DNA from: a virus
Lineage: Duplodnaviria > Heunggongvirae > Uroviricota > Caudoviricetes
Strand: one strand, 5' to 3'
IMG/VR virus record: IMGVR_UViG_2778261638_000005
Coordinates: 1 to 64,000 of that record
DNA length: 64,000 nt
The translations under genes and the position numbers were made by a program. Positions 38,935 to 49,585 of this stretch are shown here, in pieces (the stretch's first letter is position 1; each line of letters starts with the position of its first letter). The notes under the pieces are model-generated. The model saw only the letters and a program-made list of their open reading frames with translations. It was not told where the DNA came from and made no database searches.

Positions 38935-39291
38935 TTATGCAATGCGTTTGCTTTGTTTTGCCATCAGTACCAGCGAAATTTCGCCGCCGTCGTTTTTCGG
39001 TTCATCTGCCTGCCAGGCATTCGCCATCATCCAGGTTTCACCGGTGTCTGCCTGAAACTCTGCCGTGATGTTTTCCCAGCCGATGATTTCATCCAGACCG
39101 ATATCACCACCGCCCGGAATTTTGCATTCCAGCTTTGCGGCACGTGGTTTACCTTTCCAGCCATAAACCCGCGAGCCGGTCACTTCTTCACGGGTGATAC
39201 CGGAAGGCGTGAAGGAGGCACCTTCCATCGTTTCAAGCTCCATGCCATTGACACGGATGAACGCCACCCCCTGACGCTGATTTCCAGCCAT
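38935..39291 (-). CDS. Tail tube protein (Mu M/gp40-like), 118 aa
   Basis: Size and position directly after sheath gene. Confidence 0.7.
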   Translation of the reverse strand: MAGNQRQGVAFIRVNGMELETMEGASFTPSGITREEVTGSRVYGWKGKPRAAKLECKIPGGGDIGLDEIIGWENITAEFQADTGETWMMANAWQADEPKNDGGEISLVLMAKQSKRIA

Positions 39292-39300
39292 AAATGCTCC

Positions 39301-40788
39301 TTACAGAATGAACTGAACTTGTGCCGCGAAAATGCGGAACTGGTTAATCAGATTCGGGCCGCACAGCACATCAAGACGGTCTTTGTCGTCCTTGTTACGT
39401 GCCACATACAGCTCCTCTTTGAACGTGTCGAAATCCTCGACCAGTCCGGCGTTTTCCCATTCTTCAAACAGTGCCAGCAGCTCCGTTTTGATCACGGATG
39501 GCGTCACCACGGCCTGACCGGTGGCAAAGCGGGTGCCATCACTTGCCAGCTTGTAGTTCGGGAATTTCTGCGTGATGCGGGTTCGCAGTGAATAACGCAG
39601 ATAACTCAGCGTGGCGATGGTATTCACGTTCAGATAAGACGGATCACTGTCACCGTACTTGTTTGTGCGGTACATCGTGATCATGCGTTCAATCTGCATT
39701 TCACCACCATCATTCACGTTAAACGTGGAGATGCCGTCAAACAGCAGCGCATTACGTTCTGACCAGGTGAAACGATCCCCCACCGCAGGCGGCATTCTTC
39801 CGGGCAACGTCAGCGTCTGGAGAGGACGCGCCGGGTCGATGGAAAGCGCCTGGCTGGCAACGGCACACAGTGTGGCGGCGTACAGATATGACGGTTCCGG
39901 TGCACCGGCAATCCCCATACAGGAGATCAGATGATCATTACGACTGACACCAAACGTGGAAATATCCCCATACGTGCCGGACAGCACTGTCACGGCAAAG
40001 CCATCAGCCTGATTGACCGGTCCCCAGCGTTCCTGCAATTCAGTGCGTAACAGATTCAGGTTCGGTTCATCGGTATAGGGCATCACAATATATTTGTATT
40101 GCAGATCGCCCATTCCCGCGATACTTGCGCTGATATCCGGGTTGCCATTTTTCCCGGAGGCGGCTTTGAATGCCGTGATAATCCCGTAAGGGGTGGTTTC
40201 ACCCGCGTAATAGTTCCAGCGCACATCCACGGCAGATAATGCACCCGTAAATTTTGCACTCAGAACCACATCTGCATGGGTGTCATCATCCCCGCTGTCT
40301 GCGCGAACTTCTGCCGTCACCGGTAAATCCGGCTGGCCTTTGATTCGGGCAACCAGCAGGTCAGCCAGCGCCGCTCCCGTTGCACCTGCTGCGACAGATA
40401 CCGCCAGTCGCTGACCGGCAATGTAAGTCACAAGCGAGCCGTTTTCGCCTGCCGTTCCTGACAGTGAAATTTCACCGACAGCAGCATTACCGGTGCCGTT
40501 CCCCTGCGGAATACACCACAGCTCCGCCACGCGGTTAGCGTTCAGGAATGCATCTGCCATCAGTGCCAGCATGGAACCCTGACCAAACGCCGCACTGGCC
40601 TGTGAGCCGGAACGGATACGGACAGGCACGTCTGGTGCCGCACTGGCTTTACTTCCGCTTTGCCCGAACATCAGCACGCGCTGACGGGGTGCCGGTGTTC
40701 CGCTGACGGCATTACTGTTATCAAATTCGATATACGTCAGAGGAACGCGAACATCTGACGGGATCGCGTTAAATGAAATATCGCTCAT
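39301..40788 (-). CDS. Contractile tail sheath protein (Mu L/gp39-like), 495 aa
   Basis: Size and position; myovirus sheath-type composition. Confidence 0.8.
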   Translation of the reverse strand: MSDISFNAIPSDVRVPLTYIEFDNSNAVSGTPAPRQRVLMFGQSGSKASAAPDVPVRIRSGSQASAAFGQGSMLALMADAFLNANRVAELWCIPQGNGTGNAAVGEISLSGTAGENGSLVTYIAGQRLAVSVAAGATGAALADLLVARIKGQPDLPVTAEVRADSGDDDTHADVVLSAKFTGALSAVDVRWNYYAGETTPYGIITAFKAASGKNGNPDISASIAGMGDLQYKYIVMPYTDEPNLNLLRTELQERWGPVNQADGFAVTVLSGTYGDISTFGVSRNDHLISCMGIAGAPEPSYLYAATLCAVASQALSIDPARPLQTLTLPGRMPPAVGDRFTWSERNALLFDGISTFNVNDGGEMQIERMITMYRTNKYGDSDPSYLNVNTIATLSYLRYSLRTRITQKFPNYKLASDGTRFATGQAVVTPSVIKTELLALFEEWENAGLVEDFDTFKEELYVARNKDDKDRLDVLCGPNLINQFRIFAAQVQFIL

Positions 40789-40991
40789 TTCGATTTACTC
40801 CGTTTTTTCGGCGCAGCGTCGGTATCATCCGCCGTGTTTTCGGTGCTCCCGACTTCAACCACATCACCGGCTGCAAGGCGACGTATCCAGAAACTGTTAC
40901 GGGGCTTTTCTTCTCCCTCCGGAGCCAGTAATTTCATCGTGAGCGGGTCACGGATGGCTTTTCCCGCTGCGGGTTTAATTTTCAGCATCAT
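40785..40991 (-). CDS. Small Mu gp38-like protein (68 aa)
   Basis: Position, translational coupling. Confidence 0.45.
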   Translation of the reverse strand: MMLKIKPAAGKAIRDPLTMKLLAPEGEEKPRNSFWIRRLAAGDVVEVGSTENTADDTDAAPKKRSKSK

Positions 40992-41523
40992 GATCCTTTT
41001 CCTGATTCACATTGATATGTGCGGCAAATTCCGGGGTTTCGTCCGGGAATTTCCAGGTCTGCCAGTGACGCTCGTAATCATCCAGCGAATCCATGTCCAC
41101 CACGGACGGCAGCGGGGTAGTGCCACTGAACAGAACGCCGTAAAGCACCACACCGGCATTGATACGGTTGTCGTCACAAAGATTTCTGACCTGCGTCAGG
41201 CTCATCCCGGTGGTCGGGCCAAACGTCTGACCGTTAACGCCGGCAATCAGTCGCTCCACAATCTGATAAATACCGGGCCGGTTTACCGGTTCCCCGTTCA
41301 GCAACTCCGCCACGACAAAAAATGCCCAGCGACTTTCAACTTCCCGACGCGTACGCCCCTCACCACAGCCCATCCATGCCAGAAATACCGATGGCGGGGC
41401 CAGAAAGAGACGGTGCACATCCTCGTTAGTCCATGTGCCGGTAAGGGGTTCCACCTGCCGCAGGGTTGCCCCAAACGACTCACGAACGCGCGCCAGCAGT
41501 GCGGCTTCGGTTTCTTCCAGCAT
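40975..41523 (-). CDS. Mu gp37-like head-tail joining protein (182 aa)
   Basis: Position in Mu order. Confidence 0.55.
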   Translation of the reverse strand: MLEETEAALLARVRESFGATLRQVEPLTGTWTNEDVHRLFLAPPSVFLAWMGCGEGRTRREVESRWAFFVVAELLNGEPVNRPGIYQIVERLIAGVNGQTFGPTTGMSLTQVRNLCDDNRINAGVVLYGVLFSGTTPLPSVVDMDSLDDYERHWQTWKFPDETPEFAAHINVNQEKDHDAEN

Positions 41524-41948
41524 CAGATAAACCCCTTCTGTTTTCGTGAAAAAACAGGCGGATCAGACTGAACCTGCACAAGATCCTCTCCCTCCGGCGA
41601 CGCTGCCGTTCTGCTTTCCACGCCGGGATCTGTTTTGCCATCGCGCACCTGTTCCAGCCAGCGCACCGTGTCCCTGTAAGTTGCGGTGATCTGCTCGGTG
41701 GGTTGTGATTCATTCAGATAAAACCAGGCCACCACGCAACACTGCCGTTTCAGCAGTGAGGGGACGACGGTAAGCGGCAGAACAAAGCGCGCGGCGAGAT
41801 AGCCATCAATAAAAGCCGAAGCATCTGCCAGTGCCTGTTCTGCCACGGCATCATCCGGCTGCCCGTCCGCTGTTTTAGGGCGGGTGAGAATATCCAGCCG
41901 CGTACGTGTATAGCGGGCGCACAGGTCATTTACCGTCGCGTAATTCAT
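41523..41948 (-). CDS. Mu gp36-like protein (141 aa)
   Basis: Position in Mu order. Confidence 0.55.
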   Translation of the reverse strand: MNYATVNDLCARYTRTRLDILTRPKTADGQPDDAVAEQALADASAFIDGYLAARFVLPLTVVPSLLKRQCCVVAWFYLNESQPTEQITATYRDTVRWLEQVRDGKTDPGVESRTAASPEGEDLVQVQSDPPVFSRKQKGFI

Positions 41949-42355
41949 GCATCCGCCTCAGCCAGCGCCGCTTTGATTTGCGCACTGCTCACCGGTTCCC
42001 CCAGCGCCGCACTGACGGCTTTCACTTTGGGTTCTCCCCCTGCGGTAAAGTGCTCCGGGTTTGCCTTATCCAGACCGGCAACGGTCGCACGGATACGGGT
42101 ATTCAGATCGCCCACACCCAGAACGTCCAGCCCCCCAGCCTCAGCGAGCGTTTCTGCTGACGATGCAGATACCACAGACAGCACGCTGTCGGCACGAATG
42201 ATCGCCAGTTGTTCTTCGGTGACTTCCACGGTGTTTTCGCCACGCGTAAAGGCGATTCCGGCGCGGCGGTAGACCGGACGAAGGCATTTAATAATCGCCG
42301 TGCAAGTGATGCGAGAAGTGTCCAGCCGTTGTGAATTAAGCGAAGTGCCTGACAT
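41945..42355 (-). CDS. Mu gp35-like protein (start uncertain)
   Basis: ORF downstream of major head gene. Confidence 0.4.
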   Translation of the reverse strand: MSGTSLNSQRLDTSRITCTAIIKCLRPVYRRAGIAFTRGENTVEVTEEQLAIIRADSVLSVVSASSAETLAEAGGLDVLGVGDLNTRIRATVAGLDKANPEHFTAGGEPKVKAVSAALGEPVSSAQIKAALAEADA

Positions 42356-42389
42356 AACACATGCTCCTCCTTTTCCTTTAAATCAGGTT

Positions 42390-42413
42390 AAAAGGCGGTC
42401 TGAACCGCCTTTT
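42390..42413 (-). terminator. Strong hairpin AAAGGCGG-N6-CCGCCTTT immediately after the major head gene
   Basis: 8-bp perfect stem with U/A-tracts on both sides. Confidence 0.55.
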
Positions 42414-42421
42414 AATGACGG

Positions 42422-43339
42422 TTACAGGTAGTCAGCGACAACCAGTTGCAGCTTGCCCTTCATCTCGTTGGAGACGGTGGTATTGCCATCCGCGAACAGT
42501 TCACGGTTAAGCAGTTGCTCTGCGGCTTTTTCCAGCCCGACCGGTACAACGATATGCGTCGGCTTCAGGCCCAGCTTCTTACCGCCATCACCTTCAAAAG
42601 ATCGCATCAGTTGCCAGCCCTTCCAGAGGTTATCCAGCGTCAGATCGCCTTTTACCGCGACAGCCATCTGCCAGAAGCCGTAACCGGCAGCACGGCGGGC
42701 GCTGGCACCAAACAGGAACTCGTTATCCATAAAAACGTGGTCGTCATCGATACGGGTACGTGCGACCAGCTCCGGTTTGCGGCGCTCCTGGAAAATCAGC
42801 GGTTTGACTGCGCGGGAGCAGTCCAGCAGATAGAACGGCAGACCGCTGAAGCTGTCCTGCTCAACGATGTTGGAGGTATTAACCGCGCTGCCCGTGCCGT
42901 CCACATTCGGATATACCGGATGCTCCTTGTCGAAGAAGTTCTGACCGTCATAGCACGGCTGGGTAAAGCCATCTTTCAGAAGTTTAAAAATCAGCTCATC
43001 CGGCTGAACTGCCGCAGAACGGCCCATCTCCTGAAAAATCGGCGCATAAATACCCAAATTGTCATCGTCAAAGTCATCGCGGGAAATACCCACGGTGCCT
43101 TCAAACGTTTTATTGGCGATGGAGTAGCCATGCGCTTCCATTTGCTGAATGGTTCGCTTACCCACCCATTCTTTCAGGGTCGGGAATTTACCCAGCCAGC
43201 CATAGGTATTACTGCGGGTGGAAGAGTTCACCACCATTGCAATTTTGCTGTACTGCGACGGGGCGTCTTCAAGACCGCCCTGAAAATCCTTACGCCAGGA
43301 GGTCATCAGGGCTTTAATGGATGCCGGGGTGACAATCAT
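42422..43339 (-). CDS. Major head subunit (Mu T/gp34-like), 305 aa
   Basis: Follows protease/scaffold gene; followed by a strong terminator. Confidence 0.8.
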   Translation of the reverse strand: MIVTPASIKALMTSWRKDFQGGLEDAPSQYSKIAMVVNSSTRSNTYGWLGKFPTLKEWVGKRTIQQMEAHGYSIANKTFEGTVGISRDDFDDDNLGIYAPIFQEMGRSAAVQPDELIFKLLKDGFTQPCYDGQNFFDKEHPVYPNVDGTGSAVNTSNIVEQDSFSGLPFYLLDCSRAVKPLIFQERRKPELVARTRIDDDHVFMDNEFLFGASARRAAGYGFWQMAVAVKGDLTLDNLWKGWQLMRSFEGDGGKKLGLKPTHIVVPVGLEKAAEQLLNRELFADGNTTVSNEMKGKLQLVVADYL

Positions 43340-44421
43340 TTTTCTTGTTCCTGTTTCATTTTCAGATACTCAGCCTCAGTAATGCCGAGCGCCTTCACTG
43401 CTGCCTGTTCATCAGCAGACAGCACCGCCACCGCCGGTTTTTCCTGCGACGGGATTTTCGCTGTGGTGGTCTGCATGGCAGATAACGCAGCGATGGGCTG
43501 TTTTTTCTCAAGCTGTGCCGACAGTGCCGCCACGCCAATCTGACCGCCAAGCTGTTCCAGATAGGTACGTTCGCTTTTGAAAATGCGGCCTTCCTGTTCC
43601 GCCTTGTCCAGAACGGCGCTCAGGCTGGCTGTGGCGCTTTGTGCAGTCGCCTGTGCCAGTTCATCACGCAGGGCGTTGTAGCTTTCCACAGGGACGTATT
43701 TCGTCAGGTCAACGGCGGCTTTCTGTGCCTTTTCCAGTTCGGCGGATAACGACGCCACTTTTCCGGCATCTGTTTCGAGCGCATCAAGCGCACTCAGGGC
43801 CGCGCTGGCCTGTTCATCGGTGATGTCTGCATTTTCGGGGACAGTCACCCCAAGACGCGCAAGCAGCTTGCGCAGCGTTTCATTCATGGGTTTGTTCTCC
43901 TGTTGAAGGATGTCGGGAAGGTCTGCCGCCAGTGCGGTCAGCTTTTTCATGCCGGTGGCACCGGGGTCATTGGTCAGCGCAGCAAGGCGGATTTGCAGCA
44001 CCGCACCGGAGGCGGTGTCATACGGAAAAACAGCAGAGAGATAACCAAATTCGCCGTCATCGATGCGCTGCTGGGCCGCCGCCGTCCAGCGTGGGTGGAT
44101 AAATAACCCTTCACCTTCACGCCACTGCATTTCATCGGCGTTAAACCAGCCAGCCGCGACGAGTTGTTCCGGGGGTAATCCTTTGTCCTTACGTAGCTGG
44201 TTATGCTCGTAATCAATCAGCACGTCCTGGTTGAGCGCGCGAACGCCTTCAACCAGACGCCCGGCAATCTCACCGTCGATGAACCACCCCTGACCACCTG
44301 TCACATCAAACGGGCGACCATCACGGGCACTGAAATGACCGGCAGGCAATAGCTGGCACCAGCCGTCATCGTCAATGGACAGCGCATTCAGTGCGGCAAT
44401 GCCAATCGCGTGTTTTTTCAT
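43336..44421 (-). CDS. Head maturation protease / scaffold (Mu I/Z-like), 361 aa
   Basis: Ala/Glu-rich helical C-terminal half (scaffold) after an N-terminal protease-sized domain. Confidence 0.75.
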   Translation of the reverse strand: MKKHAIGIAALNALSIDDDGWCQLLPAGHFSARDGRPFDVTGGQGWFIDGEIAGRLVEGVRALNQDVLIDYEHNQLRKDKGLPPEQLVAAGWFNADEMQWREGEGLFIHPRWTAAAQQRIDDGEFGYLSAVFPYDTASGAVLQIRLAALTNDPGATGMKKLTALAADLPDILQQENKPMNETLRKLLARLGVTVPENADITDEQASAALSALDALETDAGKVASLSAELEKAQKAAVDLTKYVPVESYNALRDELAQATAQSATASLSAVLDKAEQEGRIFKSERTYLEQLGGQIGVAALSAQLEKKQPIAALSAMQTTTAKIPSQEKPAVAVLSADEQAAVKALGITEAEYLKMKQEQEK

Positions 44422-44617
44422 GTCCTGCTGCTCATCATGGTTTGTGAGCAGTCAGTTTGCGGGAGGTGCGGGAAAATCTGGGGTTATGCTATTTGAGTAC
44501 TGGAGAAAGAAAGTGGAAGGAAGATAAAACGGGATTCATACACCGTTAAATACCGGTTTAAAAATCCCGTGGCGCGTTTTAAAAAATCTGTGCGGCTGAT
44601 TTCATGTCTGATTCCGT

Positions 44618-45088
44618 TTATTGCCTCAGAGCGGCGCTGACGCGTTTTCTGATGGCATCAAAAATTTCCTGTTCCCCGGTCTTATCCAGCCCCATATAAG
44701 GACGCGCAGGAACGCCTGCCGGGCGGGGTGCCATATCGGGTGTACCGCCCCACTGATGAATGGCAGCATAAATTTTTGGCGAACCAATCAGGGCATAATC
44801 CTGTCCATAATCGGTGGTAATGCTGCGCGCCAGATCGCCATGCAGGGTAAGAATACTGCCCGGAACAAATCCATGATCCTGACGCCATGCCTGCCACGAA
44901 TCGCTCCATGCTTCCCAGCCTTTCCCTGTATCCGGGTCTGCCTGCCGTTCAAATGCCTGTTCCGTGGATGACAGCAGCGCCGCAGCCATCACACGGGGAA
45001 TGGCGCGGTCACGTGTAACGGTTCCCAGTTCATCCAGTGCAAGCTGAATACGTCGCACATCCACGGCAACGTTCATATCAAGACTCAC
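44618..45088 (-). CDS. Virion morphogenesis protein (Mu G/gp31-like), 156 aa
   Basis: Position after F. Confidence 0.65.
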   Translation of the reverse strand: MSLDMNVAVDVRRIQLALDELGTVTRDRAIPRVMAAALLSSTEQAFERQADPDTGKGWEAWSDSWQAWRQDHGFVPGSILTLHGDLARSITTDYGQDYALIGSPKIYAAIHQWGGTPDMAPRPAGVPARPYMGLDKTGEQEIFDAIRKRVSAALRQ

Positions 45089-46404
45089 TTATTCACCTCC
45101 ACATGCCCCTCCAGTACGTCAATCATCCCGTCAGCAATCGCGGCTTCAAGCGACTGTGCAGATACGCGGCTGATACTGACCAGCACATCCGCACGGTCAT
45201 TCTGCCTGCCGACTGTCTGTGATGTTCTGACCACAATCCGGGCCATGCCGTCACGGGTTGCCACAACATACAGCAACTGGTGGTTCTCCCTGTCCCACAA
45301 TACCGCCTGTGGTTTTGCCATCAACGACGGCAGACGCTGTAAATCCTCCGGTTTCAGGGCGGCATCAGCAGTGGTCGCCAGACTTTTTCCATTCATTACA
45401 AGCAGACGGGCGGGCATATTCCCGGTGCGCTGATATACGGCCTTCGCCACGGATCCCGTCATAAACCCCAGCGCCCGGATTTCATGTCCGGCCCGGCGTG
45501 ATTTCGCCAGACGTTTAAGCCAGAGGGAAAAAGCAAGCTGACGCTCCCGGCTGTTATTCAGTGTCTGCACAACCTGCTCACGCAGCTGCGCGTCGTGAAT
45601 TTCCACCAGTTTTCGAATCAGTGCCTGATCCGTACCAAACGCCGCCGAACCCGGGTTATATGACCAGCCCACATCCGGCGTCATTTTTACCCGACCGTTG
45701 TCAAACGTGGTTGACGATGTGCGGAAAATCTCTCCGGTGCTTTCATCCGTACCGGCATCCACTTCGCGGGTATTCATGAATGATGCACCATAACTGACCT
45801 GTAGCCCTGGTTCTTTCATGCGGGCCGCAGACAGCGCCCGGACGCGACAGCGGCAGTTCCAGCCATTGGGCGGGTAATGCGTCTGCCAGAAAATGTCGTC
45901 ATACCGGAAAACCATATTGTGCAGCCGCGCATGTTCCGGGCGTGTTCTGCCATCCATAACGGCAACGTACTGCCAGTACGGATACAAATCTGCGGTATTC
46001 ATCATCTGTGCATAACGTCCCGCCCCGTACGCTGTACGGGTATTGACGTTATAAATGGTTGCCAGACGACGCGGACTGCCCAGTTCGATTTCCTTCGCGT
46101 TTCCCTCTGCATCCACGATGATTTGTTTTCCCCACCATCCGAGTTTTTGCAGCCGGGGGGCCAGTGTGCGGGTAAATTCCTCACGGGTGATGCCTTCACT
46201 GACAGCCCGCTCCACTTCCTCACGGATTGTGGTCAGGACATCCATCCGGGTGGCTTTGGCAACGGTAAAGGCGCGGGCGTGCGCGTCTGCCAGTTGTTCG
46301 TACCAGTTCCAGGTGATGTTGTAGCCTTTGGCGCGGAAATACGCGACAGCCTCCTTTGGCGGGAGGCGTGCGGCATACGCCAGATCAATGGTCTGCTGCG
46401 GCAT
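45085..46404 (-). CDS. Minor head protein (Mu F/gp30-like); ATG at 46404 preferred over GTG at 46440
   Basis: Position after portal; G-rich RBS before the ATG. Confidence 0.7.
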   Translation of the reverse strand: MPQQTIDLAYAARLPPKEAVAYFRAKGYNITWNWYEQLADAHARAFTVAKATRMDVLTTIREEVERAVSEGITREEFTRTLAPRLQKLGWWGKQIIVDAEGNAKEIELGSPRRLATIYNVNTRTAYGAGRYAQMMNTADLYPYWQYVAVMDGRTRPEHARLHNMVFRYDDIFWQTHYPPNGWNCRCRVRALSAARMKEPGLQVSYGASFMNTREVDAGTDESTGEIFRTSSTTFDNGRVKMTPDVGWSYNPGSAAFGTDQALIRKLVEIHDAQLREQVVQTLNNSRERQLAFSLWLKRLAKSRRAGHEIRALGFMTGSVAKAVYQRTGNMPARLLVMNGKSLATTADAALKPEDLQRLPSLMAKPQAVLWDRENHQLLYVVATRDGMARIVVRTSQTVGRQNDRADVLVSISRVSAQSLEAAIADGMIDVLEGHVEVNK

Positions 46405-47923
46405 CCAGACGCCCCCATATATCGGCAACAAAAATGGCACGGGTCAGCATGTCGATAAGTTCTGCATCATCCATCTGCGGATATAATGAAGCGGCTTTGT
46501 TCATGGCGGCTTCCGGGCCATCTTTCAGCACAGAAAAAATGACGGGTTTCAGCAGGGGATCAACCGAACGCTGCCAGTCTTCCGGTGAGACGCCCATCCG
46601 GTCGATATCATCCTCCTGCGGGATATCTTCAGCGGATAATGCGGCCTCTTTCTGCGGACCGTTATCCATGACGACCGGTTGAGCAGTAAACACGGCTTCA
46701 TCACCGACCGGTTGTGGAATATGGAGTTTTTCCTGTATCCAGGAGACCGGAATACGCATTCCCGCCGCCAGTTTCGGAATGGCGTCAGACAGTGCCGTAA
46801 TATCACCCGCTTCACTGGTATCAAATACAATGCCCGGCAGGCGGTTAATATCAATGGTGCTGTCACTGTTCAGTGCCAGCAGGGGATAAATCAGGTCACG
46901 GTTAATACTGCGGGCAAGCTGGCCCACATCCGCATTACGGATTTCCCGGCGAACCTCATCATGCACTTCACCCAGCGACCGCGCACCTTTATCGCCAGCC
47001 TCTGTGGTCAGGGTGCCGCCCAGAATGGCTTTTGAAATCGCTTTTTCTGCCCAGCCAATCATCGCCATAAAAGGGTCTGACTGACCATCTGCGGCGCTCT
47101 GAAAATCCAGCGTCATCCCCATCGGAATAATGCCACCGGCACGTCGCCCGATATCCATCACGGCCTGCATCAGCGTGGCTTTCTCGCGGTTCGTTGAGCC
47201 GGTCGGATATTTACCGACGCGCATGGGGAGTCCGTAAATTTCCAGAAACTCTGCAAAATCACGCACGGAATAGTTTTTAAAAATAAAAGGCCAGATAAGC
47301 GTGCGCACAAGGCCATTGGTGCCGACATACCCGGTGCGGGATTTGGCCCGGTGCATAAACCAGCCGAACGGTTGCAGCTCCAGCCCGTGATAAGACGCAT
47401 CACGCAGGCGTAATTCGTTCAGATTGTCGGGGTTCGCGCAGAACAGCGCCGGATCGCGATGATGCAGCGCCACCGGCACGCGCATTTTCCCCAGCCAGCC
47501 CCATTCAATCTCCTGCATGGAATAGCCCTTGAGAATGGCATCACCGGCATCAAACAGGGCATCTTCAAACCACGCCGCATCATGCAGATATTCATTCAGC
47601 ATGTCGGCGTCTTTTTTCTCCTGTGCGCTGGCATCACGTGCCGGAGCGATGCGCCATTCCAGCGCCTGAATGGCAAGGCGGCGTTTGCTCAGTTCGGAAA
47701 AAAGGTGGGTGTCCTTTTCTTCCATATCAAAGGCCAGGTCAGCCTGTGCTGTCAGATCACCGCGTTCGGCATCACGCAGCATCTGCGCGGCCCGGTTCGG
47801 CGTCACACCACTGGAAGGATGCTCCTGCGTACGCTTCATGACCATTGCCAGCTCATCGCTGCGGGTCTGCATTTCATCGTCAAAATCAAACGGCTGCCCG
47901 GAAATATCCAGAATACGGCCCAT
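46385..47923 (-). CDS. Portal protein (Mu H/gp29-like), 512 aa
   Basis: ATGA overlap with terminase large-subunit stop; size. Confidence 0.8.
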   Translation of the reverse strand: MGRILDISGQPFDFDDEMQTRSDELAMVMKRTQEHPSSGVTPNRAAQMLRDAERGDLTAQADLAFDMEEKDTHLFSELSKRRLAIQALEWRIAPARDASAQEKKDADMLNEYLHDAAWFEDALFDAGDAILKGYSMQEIEWGWLGKMRVPVALHHRDPALFCANPDNLNELRLRDASYHGLELQPFGWFMHRAKSRTGYVGTNGLVRTLIWPFIFKNYSVRDFAEFLEIYGLPMRVGKYPTGSTNREKATLMQAVMDIGRRAGGIIPMGMTLDFQSAADGQSDPFMAMIGWAEKAISKAILGGTLTTEAGDKGARSLGEVHDEVRREIRNADVGQLARSINRDLIYPLLALNSDSTIDINRLPGIVFDTSEAGDITALSDAIPKLAAGMRIPVSWIQEKLHIPQPVGDEAVFTAQPVVMDNGPQKEAALSAEDIPQEDDIDRMGVSPEDWQRSVDPLLKPVIFSVLKDGPEAAMNKAASLYPQMDDAELIDMLTRAIFVADIWGRLDAAADH

Positions 47924-49578
47924 TACCAGCCCCCTCGTTCAAACTGGTGATAATCATCAAAATCATCGTTATCAACATCATCACCACGGTGGCGTGGTGG
48001 CAGCGCCTGTATGCTGTCCTCGTCGATAACAAAACCATTCATATAAGACGCTCTGACAGCCATACAGAGCGCCACGGCAAAGTCGCCATGTCGTCGGCCT
48101 TTACCGCCTTCATCTTTTGTGCGCCCCTTATCAATCTGCGGAATACCTTTGTCCACCTTGATATGAAGCAGGTCATCAAGTGTGGTCTGGTGCCGGGCAA
48201 TCGTGATGTTCTGCGCTTCAAACTCGCCTTTCAGTTTTGGCATCCACTCCTGATACCAGGATGCGGTCAGATTCACACAGTCGATCATCTCCGGGCCATA
48301 AATCAGACGGGCGGCTTCTGCCAGATAACCGCCGTTACCGGTGGCATCAAATGCAGCGCCGGTAAAACGGGGCAAACGGGACAGAATGAATAAAAGGATT
48401 TGTCGCTGCTGGTCATAGGTCACATTACGCAGCTCCACGCGGAAACATTCGCGTTTGCGTAAGTCAGGCGTGATGGCAAGTGGCACAAACACCGTCAGGT
48501 CGCCACGGCGTGCAAAGTCTTCGCCCAGTACGTGTTTATTGAGCGGCGACAGCGCATCGAGCAACGGGAGCAGCTCCTGTTCACACCAGTCCTGAACGAT
48601 GCCGTGGCGCATTTGTGGTGTCAGCGATTCAAAATCGTCCGGTGCTTCAAAACGCAGAATCGGGATATCCCGCGCTGGCGTCATGGCGGCTTCAATCAGC
48701 ACGCGTGACAGATAAGCGCCCCCGGATTTTTTAGGAATGCAGCCGTATTCCTCGTCGGCACTCTCTTTATTCGGCGCATTCCGGTACAGGCCATCACGCC
48801 AGGCTTTTTCCGCTTCCGGCGACCACGGCTGATTCGTGACGTAACAGATACGTCGGTACAACCCGTCAGCGATGGCATCATCCAGCGTGATGCGGTGAAC
48901 GCTGTAATCCTTGCGCCCCTCGCGCGCATCCTGAATGTACTGATTAAACAGATTATCGACGCCGTTATGTGTCGATATGATCCGCACGCGGGCACCCCAC
49001 ATGGTGAGAGCAAAAGCCGCTTTCAGGAGTTCGTCCAGGGCTTCATGAAATGCCGCCTCATCAATCACCACGTCCCCCTGCAAACCACGCAGGTTAGACG
49101 GACGGCTTGACAGCGCCTGCACCTTAAATCCGCTGTTAGGGAAACGGATCATATAAGTGAGGATTTCTTCTTTTTTGTCGCTGTCCCAGAAGGTCTGCTC
49201 CCATACGTCAGCCTTTGCCAGTTGGTTAAAGGCGCGGGCAAACAGGGCACAGGCGGCAATGTATTCCAGCGCCATTTCCTGACGGGACCCCACATAAAAG
49301 ACGTTGCGACCACCGCGACGCCTCGGCTTTGCGGCCGTCATGACATTGCGGCCCGCTTCGGCCCATGTCAGACCGGTACGACGGGATTTTTCAGCAATAC
49401 AAATCTGGCTTTCATCCTCAAACCAGCGGCGCTGATAACCCAGAAAAACCGGTTCATTGCGAGGCTGTGCTTCCCCGATATCGGTAACGATATTCACGCC
49501 CAGCAGTTCGGCTTCCTCACGCAGGTCGATTTTTCGGGGGGCATGAAGGGCTTTAAGATTGTTTTCTCTGGTGTTCAT
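47923..49578 (-). CDS. Terminase large subunit (Mu gp28-like), about 551 aa from MNTRENN
   Basis: GAGAGGG RBS before ATG 49578, four nt after small-subunit stop; C-terminal acidic nuclease-type region. Confidence 0.8.
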   Translation of the reverse strand: MNTRENNLKALHAPRKIDLREEAELLGVNIVTDIGEAQPRNEPVFLGYQRRWFEDESQICIAEKSRRTGLTWAEAGRNVMTAAKPRRRGGRNVFYVGSRQEMALEYIAACALFARAFNQLAKADVWEQTFWDSDKKEEILTYMIRFPNSGFKVQALSSRPSNLRGLQGDVVIDEAAFHEALDELLKAAFALTMWGARVRIISTHNGVDNLFNQYIQDAREGRKDYSVHRITLDDAIADGLYRRICYVTNQPWSPEAEKAWRDGLYRNAPNKESADEEYGCIPKKSGGAYLSRVLIEAAMTPARDIPILRFEAPDDFESLTPQMRHGIVQDWCEQELLPLLDALSPLNKHVLGEDFARRGDLTVFVPLAITPDLRKRECFRVELRNVTYDQQRQILLFILSRLPRFTGAAFDATGNGGYLAEAARLIYGPEMIDCVNLTASWYQEWMPKLKGEFEAQNITIARHQTTLDDLLHIKVDKGIPQIDKGRTKDEGGKGRRHGDFAVALCMAVRASYMNGFVIDEDSIQALPPRHRGDDVDNDDFDDYHQFERGGW

Positions 49579-49585
49579 AACCCTC

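Noticed and set aside
42446-43543. 365-aa ORF on the + strand
   Set aside because: Entirely antisense to the Mu-type major head and protease genes; composition looks like a shadow ORF of GC-rich coding DNA
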